A DNA stretch of 64,000 nt from a virus: IMG/VR virus record IMGVR_UViG_3300029190_000103, one strand, 5' to 3'. Below, in pieces: positions 1-8,590 of the stretch (positions within the stretch are counted from its first letter, which is position 1; each line of letters begins with the position of its first letter). The notes under the pieces are model-generated. The model saw only the letters and a list, made by a program, of their open reading frames with translations, was not told the DNA's origin and searched no databases. The position numbers and the translations under genes were made by a program.

Positions 1-119
1 CTTGATAGTAATAAGTCCTTCTTTATCGACTGCAACCACACTTGCGTTATCATTATTCATAACAATGGACAGTATTTCACCAGTTTCTTTATTCTCATAC
101 GCGAATGAACATGTACTTA

Positions 120-365
120 TCATAACTCAATACCCTCATCATTAGCACGTTCTTCTAACAACATTATGTATCTATTCATTGTATGCAACTGTTCACGTAA
201 AACACCCATTGGGCATTTAGGTTCAAACAATAATGTACCATTGTCAAATTCATAAATCATATTGTCTAGCTTTTCTGCTCTGATTTTCAATTGATAGTAT
301 TCTGCTCTGAATCTATCCTTATAATCGTCACTTTCCATTAATTCAATTGTTTCTTTTAATTCCAT
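120..365 (-). CDS. hypothetical phage protein (81 aa)
   Basis: ORF in track; packed into the minus-strand early gene array; no recognisable motif. Confidence 0.4.
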   Translation of the reverse strand: MELKETIELMESDDYKDRFRAEYYQLKIRAEKLDNMIYEFDNGTLLFEPKCPMGVLREQLHTMNRYIMLLEERANDEGIEL

Positions 366-391
366 ATTTTTGTCCTTTCCTTTATGTGCTT

Positions 392-697
392 TTATTCTTC
401 CTCTATAATGTCATAAGTCTTTTCAAAGATATCAGGCTTGCATGGATACAATTCTCCATTTACACCCTTAATGACATAATCACCAACACTAACATGATGT
501 TTGCCTTCCAACGTGTTGATCATAAGTTCGGCTGGCTTTCCTTCATAATCTTCAAAAAACATTGTTCCATTCATTAGTGCTTGTGCAGCCCATATTGGTA
601 TATATTGCATTCCATTGGTATACATAAAATCCCCATCGTATTGAAATGCTTCTACTTCTACTGGTTTCTTTCTTGCTTTCATTCCACTACCATCCAA
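392..697 (-). CDS. Gp49-like phage protein (N4 Gp49 / Sf6 gp66 family-like)
   Basis: About 100 aa; N-terminal KKPVEVEAFQYDGD motif typical of this small phage family; a paralog lies at 12240-12557. Confidence 0.4.
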   Translation of the reverse strand: MDGSGMKARKKPVEVEAFQYDGDFMYTNGMQYIPIWAAQALMNGTMFFEDYEGKPAELMINTLEGKHHVSVGDYVIKGVNGELYPCKPDIFEKTYDIIEEE

Positions 698-1173
698 TCA
701 TCTGATAACATATCAGCTTGAGATGCAAGCCATCCAAGTTGCACACCACTTGTGCCAACAAAAGCAATTGTTTTATTTCCCATGTCGCTATGGTCAACAT
801 TAACAACTTCATCATTAGTATTCTTATAACTAACGTTAGTAGCTAGTTCAATGTATTGGTTCTTTCCATTCCATCCTTTTCTAGCTAACTTCAATCCTCT
901 CTTTACAAGCTTGATAGCATCTCCAAAACTCATATATGCTACTCCGCCTAAGATGGGAGTATCTTCATCTCTCGCAAAACCCCACTCATCAGATAAAATA
1001 TTTTCCAAAGTATAATCAACTCGTTGGGTTTCTCTAATATCTAATACCTCTCCATCTTTTGTATACATCATGATGGTTTCTTTTTCTTTATCCCAAGTCC
1101 AATAACCACACCAACTTGGTAGTTTCATTTGATATCCAAGTTTTAAATAAAATAACGCTTCTTTAAAATCCAT
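679..1173 (-). CDS. tandem DUF2829 (Thoeris anti-defence Tad2-like) domain protein
   Basis: Two copies of the DUF2829 pattern: N half FKEALFYLKLGYQMKLPSW...YTLENILSDEW and C half FGDAIKLVKRGLKLARKGWNGK...WLASQADMLSDDWMVVE. Confidence 0.5.
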   Translation of the reverse strand: MDFKEALFYLKLGYQMKLPSWCGYWTWDKEKETIMMYTKDGEVLDIRETQRVDYTLENILSDEWGFARDEDTPILGGVAYMSFGDAIKLVKRGLKLARKGWNGKNQYIELATNVSYKNTNDEVVNVDHSDMGNKTIAFVGTSGVQLGWLASQADMLSDDWMVVE

Positions 1174-1185
1174 TTTATTATCCTC

Positions 1186-1470
1186 CTATAGCTTAATAGC
1201 TTTATTGTCCCATTTCTTGTATGCATCTAAATATATTTCTTTTTTATCGCCATTATAAGTTATTTCATAATACATTCCATCACTTATATTTGTACTTGCT
1301 AAAGCTTTGTTATTCTGTAACGTTTTGCATGACCAAACAATATATATATCATTCTCTGTAATTTTCTTTTTGTCTGTCTGATCAACGTTACTATTAAAAT
1401 AGTTTGCTACAATTTTTTTGCATAATTGTAAAAATTCGTTATTACCCATATTATTTATCTCCTTCACCAA
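1186..1470 (-). CDS. hypothetical protein (94 aa)
   Basis: ORF in operon context. Confidence 0.4.
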   Translation of the reverse strand: MVKEINNMGNNEFLQLCKKIVANYFNSNVDQTDKKKITENDIYIVWSCKTLQNNKALASTNISDGMYYEITYNGDKKEIYLDAYKKWDNKAIKL

Positions 1471-1488
1471 CAGGTTTACTTCTTACTC

Positions 1489-1911
1489 TCATTCTATTTC
1501 CTCACTTATTCCTAAAATATATTCTATTTTCCATGGTTCAGTATCTTTATCTTCTATAAATGTAAACAGGTCATTAAACATATCATTTGAATCAATATAA
1601 TTTATACTGCCAGATGGTAACCATATATCGTTATTTTCTTTATCTCTGTATGGTTTATCTTTCCAGCAAGTAACCTCACCCTCATCTCTAGTGATCCATT
1701 TATATCCTTTATCTAAATAATACTTTAAACATTCTTCTTCCAATGTAGACAATTCAGGTACTAATGATGGTATTTCAATGTCCATTGGCGTAAATAACTC
1801 GAAGTTTGAACATCCTTCTTTAAGGATGCAACCGTGACAACCATTACAATTGTGACAATAGTTCTTAATTGTATTTAATGCTTTTATTACTTCTATTTTT
1901 TGTTTTTCCAT
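1489..1911 (-). CDS. Cys-rich hypothetical protein (CxNCxGCHGC)
   Basis: ORF; cysteine cluster CHNCNGCHGCILKEGC suggests metal binding. Confidence 0.4.
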   Translation of the reverse strand: MEKQKIEVIKALNTIKNYCHNCNGCHGCILKEGCSNFELFTPMDIEIPSLVPELSTLEEECLKYYLDKGYKWITRDEGEVTCWKDKPYRDKENNDIWLPSGSINYIDSNDMFNDLFTFIEDKDTEPWKIEYILGISEEIE

Positions 1912-1912
1912 A

Positions 1913-2317
1913 TTAAATATCCTTTCTAATGGCGCATATGATACGTTTAAATACGTTTTTATTGCGGAATATACGAATTCTATACATTAGTTCGTTATAC
2001 TTATCTTCATACTCTACCAAACGTTTACATTGTCTGTCGTATCTTTCTTCCCATGGCTCTTGATGTATGCAACCCCAACCATCTTTCCAAGTTGTTTCAT
2101 ATTTATTTAATTTTGCTTCATATTCACCCAACTGCTTATTTAATTTATTGATCTTCTTATTATTTTCCTCGAACCATTTAATGAATTCTTCTTTAGACTT
2201 AACATTAAATGTTACTTGTGTTCCATCCTGTAGATTGATAGTCAAACCAGCATTTTCACTTGTGATACCTCTAATGACTGCACTACTTTCATTTAATTCA
2301 ACTAATACATTTTTCAT
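1913..2317 (-). CDS. hypothetical protein (134 aa)
   Basis: ORF; charged and coiled-coil-like. Confidence 0.4.
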   Translation of the reverse strand: MKNVLVELNESSAVIRGITSENAGLTINLQDGTQVTFNVKSKEEFIKWFEENNKKINKLNKQLGEYEAKLNKYETTWKDGWGCIHQEPWEERYDRQCKRLVEYEDKYNELMYRIRIFRNKNVFKRIICAIRKDI

Positions 2318-2437
2318 TATTACTTGTCAACCTCCTCAATATAGATATTAATTTCACAGACATCATCTTGATTATCTCCTGCAATTTCATATGCTTCATC
2401 TTCATTTTCAGCTTCAATCTCTAATTCTGCATAGCCT

Positions 2438-3364
2438 TTATATATTGCTTTGTATTTTTTCTTCATGCCTATCCTTTCCTTCACTCATTTTCCTGTAACC
2501 TATTCTACGATATTCATCATATACAGGCTTCCATATGTATTCACATTGCTTACGTTCAGCTGGAAGTAATTCTTCCATTACATCTAATTGTTCTTTCAGT
2601 TTAATTGCGAATGGACACCCTTTACATCCTGTGCGTTCAAAGTTGAATGGCGGATAATATAGTTTACATAGTTCAATATCACGCTGTTTTATATACCAAT
2701 CCATCCAATCATCAGTAACTGGATTCAATGAATTGAATACTTTTATATTTCTTTTTTTGTCATATATAACGCATTCATGATGATTTGCTCTGGAACCACC
2801 TTCACTCATACGAACCCCTGTAATTGGTATTTTTCTAGTTGTCTGTTTTTCATATTTATGAAAGTTTTGTTTTTTAAAAAGCTCACAACATTTTTCGCTT
2901 ATTTTTAAATCATTTTCACATGTAAATTGATATTTAAGACAATTAGGACATTTAAATAAACTCCCTGTACCATCTGATTTTGTTCCATTTAAATAGTTAC
3001 GTGGTGACATGGTTAGACCATTCCTCTGATACTCACTTACTTTCTTTGAATGCATTTTAGATTTGAATGGATATCCATATTCTTCTAATGATAATTTAAT
3101 ATTTCGTTCATTGTTAATGATTACGAATCTATCATCATTTTGACAAAAAGATTTCACAAATTTTACTATATCCACAAATTCCAATCCAGTATTAATAAAT
3201 ACCCTTTCAATTTTATTGTTAGGTAATGCTTCATCCATCAAGTAATGTAATACCGTACTGTCTTTACCACCACTAAACGAAATATAGAAATTTTCCTCTC
3301 CATATTTATTGATGACCAGCTTGATCATCTCAATACGGTCAAATAATAATGTTTCGTTATCCAA
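2438..3364 (-). CDS. phosphoadenosine phosphosulfate (PAPS) reductase family PP-loop protein (DndC/IbrA-like)
   Basis: PP-loop motif SFSGGKDSTVLHYL near the N-terminus; C-terminal Cys clusters (CPNC...CC, TGCKGCPF). Confidence 0.65.
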   Translation of the reverse strand: MDNETLLFDRIEMIKLVINKYGEENFYISFSGGKDSTVLHYLMDEALPNNKIERVFINTGLEFVDIVKFVKSFCQNDDRFVIINNERNIKLSLEEYGYPFKSKMHSKKVSEYQRNGLTMSPRNYLNGTKSDGTGSLFKCPNCLKYQFTCENDLKISEKCCELFKKQNFHKYEKQTTRKIPITGVRMSEGGSRANHHECVIYDKKRNIKVFNSLNPVTDDWMDWYIKQRDIELCKLYYPPFNFERTGCKGCPFAIKLKEQLDVMEELLPAERKQCEYIWKPVYDEYRRIGYRKMSEGKDRHEEKIQSNI

Positions 3365-3372
3365 GTGGTTAC

Positions 3373-3654
3373 CTATTCATACTCCTCATAGTAGATTATC
3401 ATTCTTACTGTTTCAGCGTAATGATGTTCTAATGTTGCACCTTCACTGTATTCCCAACCTTTTAACATGTATATTGCATCGCAATATTTAAGCTCACACA
3501 GTCCCATATCAATATAATCTTTGTAATTAAATCCTTCTGGTTTAACAGGATTGATTACAATGTGTCCTTGTGCTTCTAGTTCCTTTTGTTTCTTTTCAAA
3601 CTGTTCCTTATAATTAGGATTTCCAGTTATTCTGCCTGCTAAATAGATTTTCAA
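3373..3654 (-). CDS. DUF4406 / nucleoside 2-deoxyribosyltransferase-like protein
   Basis: MKIYLAGRITG...VINP pattern of the phage-common DUF4406 fold; TTG start overlaps the upstream gene stop. Confidence 0.4.
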   Translation of the reverse strand: MKIYLAGRITGNPNYKEQFEKKQKELEAQGHIVINPVKPEGFNYKDYIDMGLCELKYCDAIYMLKGWEYSEGATLEHHYAETVRMIIYYEEYE

Positions 3655-4358
3655 CTATTAACCCTTTCCGTTACCTCTTTTATTCTTTGTTCAGCTATAT
3701 TAAAATATTGTTCATCCAACTCAAAACCAATATAATTACGTTTTATTTTAATTGCAGCAATACATGTGCTTCCAATTCCAATAAATGGATCTAGTACAAC
3801 TCCGCCCTCTTTTGACGAATTATCAATCAGTATTTCCATCAACGCTACAGGTTTCTCAGTATCATGAAGGTTCTTGCCATTTTTATCTTTTGTCTTCTTG
3901 TTCGGGATATCAAGTATATCAGATGTACCACAATGGTTTATCTTTACACCTTTTCCTTTTCGGAAGAATAAGATATACTCAAATTGTGACATGTAGAATT
4001 GCCCCATAATTTTATTACCTTTATTCCAAACAAGTGACTTAATAAACTTAAATCCACATTCAGTAGCTGTATTCAACATATTTTGCAGATTTACATGATT
4101 AGTCATTATGTAGCAGTGAGAACCATCTTTCAGAACTCTGTATAATTCAGGCAAATAATCTATAGGTTGTATATCATTATGATTAAATACCTTACCTTGC
4201 ATGTTTATCTTCTTTTGCATCATTCCGCCACTATTGCCAGCATTTCCTCTTGCTGTTGTTTTATATGGTGGATCTGTTATTACTAAATCTATACTTTTAT
4301 CAGGTATTTCTTTCATTAATTCAAGACAGTTCCCTTGCTTAATAAAGCTGTTATTCAA
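3651..4358 (-). CDS. DNA methyltransferase (N6-adenine/N4-cytosine, beta class)
   Basis: DPPY motif IV near the N-terminus (VITDPPYK) and motif I FIGIGST near the C-terminus (PF01555-type); gene ends with TGA, showing TGA is a functional stop here. Confidence 0.8.
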   Translation of the reverse strand: MNNSFIKQGNCLELMKEIPDKSIDLVITDPPYKTTARGNAGNSGGMMQKKINMQGKVFNHNDIQPIDYLPELYRVLKDGSHCYIMTNHVNLQNMLNTATECGFKFIKSLVWNKGNKIMGQFYMSQFEYILFFRKGKGVKINHCGTSDILDIPNKKTKDKNGKNLHDTEKPVALMEILIDNSSKEGGVVLDPFIGIGSTCIAAIKIKRNYIGFELDEQYFNIAEQRIKEVTERVNS

Positions 4359-4374
4359 TCACGATTCCTTTCCG

Positions 4375-4989
4375 TTACTCGTTACAAACCATCGTTATAG
4401 TTTTTAACATTCCTACTATGTCGTACTCATAGTTTACTTTCTTTTTACGTCTATCGACCTTAATTCCAATCTGTTCAGCATCATCTTTATTGATACTCTT
4501 TTTGCCACAGTATCTAGTCCATTCTACAAAGTCTACAATTGGAATTGCATATGTACCACCTTCGGTTGTTTCACCCTTAGAATTAGTTCTATCGGCGTAA
4601 TCAAGTACTAACATCGCATACACATTATCAAAGTTTGTACGCTTCAATAATGACCTGACCTGATGTGGTTTTATCATTACTTTTTTCTTTGTATCTTCAT
4701 ATGATGGTTGATTAAAGCTTATACTTGTATTCTTAGTTGCTTTTAATTCAACATAGAACAGAGAATAGCTGTCAAACAAGAAACAGTCGCAAGGAGAATT
4801 AAGCGTAAACCTAATTGCTCCTCCATTGTTCTGTCCAAACTTGTTTCTATTCTGTCCAAACTTGTTGCTATCTGGAAAGCGTTCATATAACAAATTCTGT
4901 TTTTCTGCTGAATCTTTGAAGTTATCTTCAAATACTTTACCGTTATTTCGCACTCTCGTCACCATACGATTCTGCAACGTCAATCCCAA
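4375..4989 (-). CDS. RecU-like Holliday junction resolvase (PD-(D/E)XK)
   Basis: FYVELKATKNTSISFNQ...IKPHQV resembles the RecU core ([20 protein letters not shown]...QIEHM). Confidence 0.45.
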   Translation of the reverse strand: MGLTLQNRMVTRVRNNGKVFEDNFKDSAEKQNLLYERFPDSNKFGQNRNKFGQNNGGAIRFTLNSPCDCFLFDSYSLFYVELKATKNTSISFNQPSYEDTKKKVMIKPHQVRSLLKRTNFDNVYAMLVLDYADRTNSKGETTEGGTYAIPIVDFVEWTRYCGKKSINKDDAEQIGIKVDRRKKKVNYEYDIVGMLKTITMVCNE

Positions 4990-5197
4990 TCTGTCTCATG
5001 TCGAATACAGATTGTTCTAAACATTCCATTTCTGTGTACATATAAAATAAGATATCTTTACATTGCTTTGTACTTTCGTATTCACCTATAACAAATTTTT
5101 CTCCATCACGATAAGCATATATGTATGTAAATTCTATACTTACATAATCTACTTCACCAAAGAACATACCGTTTTGACTTAAAACAGTTATTTTCAT
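4943..5197 (-). CDS. hypothetical protein (84 aa)
   Basis: ORF. Confidence 0.35.
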   Translation of the reverse strand: MKITVLSQNGMFFGEVDYVSIEFTYIYAYRDGEKFVIGEYESTKQCKDILFYMYTEMECLEQSVFDMRQIGIDVAESYGDESAK

Positions 5198-5485
5198 TTA
5201 TTTATCCAAAGGCTCCCAGTATGTTTCTTCGATTATGCGTGTTTTTCTCGTAACTTCATATGGCTGGTCGTGTACAAAACTTTCTTGGTGTTCTGTAAGT
5301 CCTTTTCTCCAGTCTAATGCAAAATATCTACCGCCAATTTCTAAAATAGTTTGTACATTTTGTGTCCATCTTCCGCTATCTCCTTCTATTTCCTCAAATG
5401 TAAAGGTGTATAATATATCCCACAAATCTCCTTCATTAAACTCATCCCCTGAATCAAATCTTTGTAAAAATTCTTGTTCTGTCAT
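5198..5485 (-). CDS. hypothetical protein (95 aa)
   Basis: ORF. Confidence 0.4.
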   Translation of the reverse strand: MTEQEFLQRFDSGDEFNEGDLWDILYTFTFEEIEGDSGRWTQNVQTILEIGGRYFALDWRKGLTEHQESFVHDQPYEVTRKTRIIEETYWEPLDK

Positions 5486-5665
5486 TCTACTTTCCTTTCT
5501 TTACCTTTCGTTTCTTTCTATTGATTGCATGTCTACAAATCTTTCTCACAACCCAAGCTTCCAGCTTATTCAAATGGATGTGTAGTTCATTTTCTAATTG
5601 AATATCAGGATTTCTCCTGTAATATTCATATGTAATCTGTCTTTGTCTTTGTGTTAATGCTCCCA

Positions 5666-6658
5666 TTAATTCTCCTTCCTATACTTTTCCTGAACATATT
5701 TTGTTCTATTCAAGTAATCCTCTAATGTTTCAATGCTTTGTAAACAACCTTTTACTTCTGAGTCTTTCTTTATTCTACATACAACGCACTTACCATTCTT
5801 TAGCAAGTCAATATATTGTGTATACTTGTTTGCGAACACTGTAATATCAAATGTAACATTACCAACACCTAGATTGATGAACGCCATTTTTTTACCTTTG
5901 TTCTTGCCATTCTTAATTACGTTGGTCTTACAGTTGATGATGACTCCACCAACCCAACCTTCTTCTTCAACATTGACCTTATTCCAATCAGGAAGATAAA
6001 CACCTTCAAATGGATTACCAGATAGGTGTACATTCAGTACTTCCATTTCCCAATCTAACTCCGTTCCTTGACAGTATTTATCCTTGAATTTACTCCATTC
6101 TAGGCGCATTCTATGGTCATTGAATATATGTGTACAAAGTTCTTTATCGTCTTGCTGTTCAGGTGTAATAAGCCCCATATCGAACAGCTGTTTAATATTA
6201 GTCTTGTTAGCCTTTTTGATTGGTTTTTTATCTTCTTTGCCAGCATTAAATCTTGCAATAAAGTACTGTTGAAATAAGAACATCTTTCCTTTATTGGTTA
6301 ATGAATCTAACGCACCTGACTTAATCAGAGCAACAACGTCACCTTTATTCATTGTAATTGCTGTTGTCATGAAGTCTGTTATAGATACGAATGGTCTATT
6401 AGCAAGGATTGTTTTTAAACCATTCTCTGTTAGACCTTTAATGGAACCTAAACCAATCAGAATTTCATTATTTCTTTGATTAGGTGTATATGACAATCCA
6501 GAATTGTTGATATCAGGATTGTTTAATTCAAAACCTAATCGCTTTGCTTCTGATAACAATGTTGAGGCTTTATCTGTACCTTCATCCATAATCAGACAAG
6601 CGGTAAGATACTCAATAGGATAATGAACTTTCAGATATGCGGTAAGATATGACAACAA
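5666..6658 (-). CDS. dnaE: DNA polymerase III alpha subunit (DnaE-type), C-terminal segment
   Basis: Begins in the conserved AYLKVHYPIEYL motif. It is in the same frame as 6680-7786 and separated from it only by an in-frame TGA at 6680-6682. Confidence 0.7.
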   Translation of the reverse strand: MLSYLTAYLKVHYPIEYLTACLIMDEGTDKASTLLSEAKRLGFELNNPDINNSGLSYTPNQRNNEILIGLGSIKGLTENGLKTILANRPFVSITDFMTTAITMNKGDVVALIKSGALDSLTNKGKMFLFQQYFIARFNAGKEDKKPIKKANKTNIKQLFDMGLITPEQQDDKELCTHIFNDHRMRLEWSKFKDKYCQGTELDWEMEVLNVHLSGNPFEGVYLPDWNKVNVEEEGWVGGVIINCKTNVIKNGKNKGKKMAFINLGVGNVTFDITVFANKYTQYIDLLKNGKCVVCRIKKDSEVKGCLQSIETLEDYLNRTKYVQEKYRKEN

Positions 6659-6679
6659 AGCATACGCTACAGCGTGTCC

Positions 6680-7786
6680 TCAGGGTCGATTGAAGCAATA
6701 TTCAGACTGTTTTAATAACAAGTTCCAAATGGCTTCAATCTGTTCATCACCCCAATTCCTTTTTCTAAGACCTTCTTCAAACTTAGGTCGTAATGTTCTC
6801 ATTACATTTTCTTTTTTCTTACCAATTGCTCTACGACCAGTTTCTACTTCAACTTCTGGAAAGCCAGCATATCGCAATAATGATAATGCTTGTTCCTGAT
6901 ATAACAATACACAATGAGATTGTTTGAATAATCTCTTTAAATCTGGATGAATGACTGTTATATCGTATGGATGTAATTTATTGTGACAATAATCTGGGAA
7001 GCTGTCCTTAGTACCTGGTCGGTTAGCACTGTTTACAACAATAATATCTTCAATGTTGTCTGTCTTAGCTTCAATAAGCATTCTTCTAGCCTCTGCCGAC
7101 TCCATTTGAAATACGCCTACTGTTTCACCAGTCTTGTATACTTCATCATATACTTTTCTATCATTTAAATCTAAATGGTTTATATCAACATCTTCCCATG
7201 TAATTCCAGCAAACTTTAATGTCATATCTGCAATTGACAAATTCTTTAGCCCAAGTGAGTCCATCTTGATCAGTTTGATATCATCCATTAACGCATGCAT
7301 TTCAGCTTGGTGCATAATTTCGCCATCTTTGTTGTAACAAACAGGACAATATTCTGTTACAGGCTTTGGTGTAACCATGATTGCTGATGCATGACAACCT
7401 CTTGACTTAGGAAGTCCTGATAGCTTTAATGCGTATTCAAACCACATTGGATATTGCTTATACAATTTTTGTAGCTCATCATTACCTTTGATTGCATCCT
7501 TTAGCGATACATCTATCTCAATTTCATTTCCATCTTTATCAACTTTTTTGATAACAGGAATAGTTTTAGATACAAGGTCACGTAATTCAGGTGTAATCAT
7601 TCCTTTATATGGACTATCTTCTTTATCGTTTAGAACACGCCCTATATCTCTGATTGCAACCTTGTTTGAGAACGTATTGAATGTTGAAATATTACATACA
7701 TTTTCTTCTCCAAACAAATCTTTCATTACTTGGATCATATCTCCACGTTTTAATTTATCAACATCATAATCATACACTTTATCCAT
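6680..7786 (-). CDS. dnaE: DNA polymerase III alpha subunit, polymerase core segment (exon 2)
   Basis: DYDVD (PDIDID-like), GCHASAIMV (polymerase core) and ...EYCFNRP (GYAFNKSH-like) motifs. Confidence 0.7.
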   Translation of the reverse strand: MDKVYDYDVDKLKRGDMIQVMKDLFGEENVCNISTFNTFSNKVAIRDIGRVLNDKEDSPYKGMITPELRDLVSKTIPVIKKVDKDGNEIEIDVSLKDAIKGNDELQKLYKQYPMWFEYALKLSGLPKSRGCHASAIMVTPKPVTEYCPVCYNKDGEIMHQAEMHALMDDIKLIKMDSLGLKNLSIADMTLKFAGITWEDVDINHLDLNDRKVYDEVYKTGETVGVFQMESAEARRMLIEAKTDNIEDIIVVNSANRPGTKDSFPDYCHNKLHPYDITVIHPDLKRLFKQSHCVLLYQEQALSLLRYAGFPEVEVETGRRAIGKKKENVMRTLRPKFEEGLRKRNWGDEQIEAIWNLLLKQSEYCFNRP

Positions 7787-8590
7787 TATTTCTAATGGTG
7801 TAGACTATATCTTACCCTACAGCTTTACTGTTTAGGGTGGTGACACTTCCAGCAGTAACCAATCCTCTGCTGTACTCCCTTATGGGATAGTCGTTGCACC
7901 TTTGTTTAAAATAATTTTATATCCATTAGATGTAAAATATTTTCCTAGTGAAGAATAACTTAGCCCTATGGTTTTGCCATACCTACATGCATCACTAATA
8001 GAATTAAATTCTTTCACTAATTTTCCTTCTGGGTTTACCAATGAACACGGTCTAAAATTTCTTATATTGGAACAATATTTAAACGAATGCACCATATTAT
8101 ATTGATGAGTACACCATTCTAAATTTTCGTAATAGTTATTTGTACAATTATGGTCTATGTGATTAATCTCGTCTAACCCTTCAATACGTGGTACAAACGC
8201 TTCTGCGACCAATCTATGTATTAAATAATGTTTTGATTTTCCATCTTTGCATAAATTAACTGAATAATATCTATGCCTATTGTCAATTTTAGACAATGCC
8301 AAAATCTTTTCTGATTTCATTGAGTAAACTCTACCATGGTCTGATATATAATAATCATCAAGACCATTTATTACTTTCCATCTTTCTTTCATTATCCTCC
8401 TTTTTTATTTTAAACACTTGGCACAGGATTGCCTTCACCATAACGTGCTAAGGTTCCCCTGTTAGCTATATCATTGATATAACACCCCTTGGTAATAGGG
8501 TTCATCACCTTAATTATTCGTAATATTTCTACTACGCCAGACAATGACTTATCTGCCAGAGTTCCTTTTCTGCCTATATTTGCAAACCTA
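7787..8590 (-). mobile_element. group-I-like intron carrying an HNH homing endonuclease ORF, inserted in dnaE (boundaries approximate)
   Basis: DnaE homology stops after RFANIGRK (codons near 8565-8590) and resumes at YDYDVD (near 7786-7800); the interval holds a free-standing HNH ORF; the 5-prime intron part is translated in frame after RFANIGRK without DnaE similarity. Confidence 0.55.
7880..8392 (-). CDS. HNH homing endonuclease (intron-encoded)
   Basis: INHIDHNCTNNYYENLEWCT HNH motif, N-terminal NUMOD4-like region; sits between the dnaE segments. Confidence 0.7.
   Translation of the reverse strand: MKERWKVINGLDDYYISDHGRVYSMKSEKILALSKIDNRHRYYSVNLCKDGKSKHYLIHRLVAEAFVPRIEGLDEINHIDHNCTNNYYENLEWCTHQYNMVHSFKYCSNIRNFRPCSLVNPEGKLVKEFNSISDACRYGKTIGLSYSSLGKYFTSNGYKIILNKGATTIP

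Noticed and set aside
6680-6682. Genetic code 4 (TGA=Trp) as the explanation for the in-frame TGA in dnaE
   Set aside because: TGA terminates other genes in the window (for example the DNA methyltransferase at 3651-3653). Long ORFs are otherwise intact under the standard code. A global reassignment is not supported.
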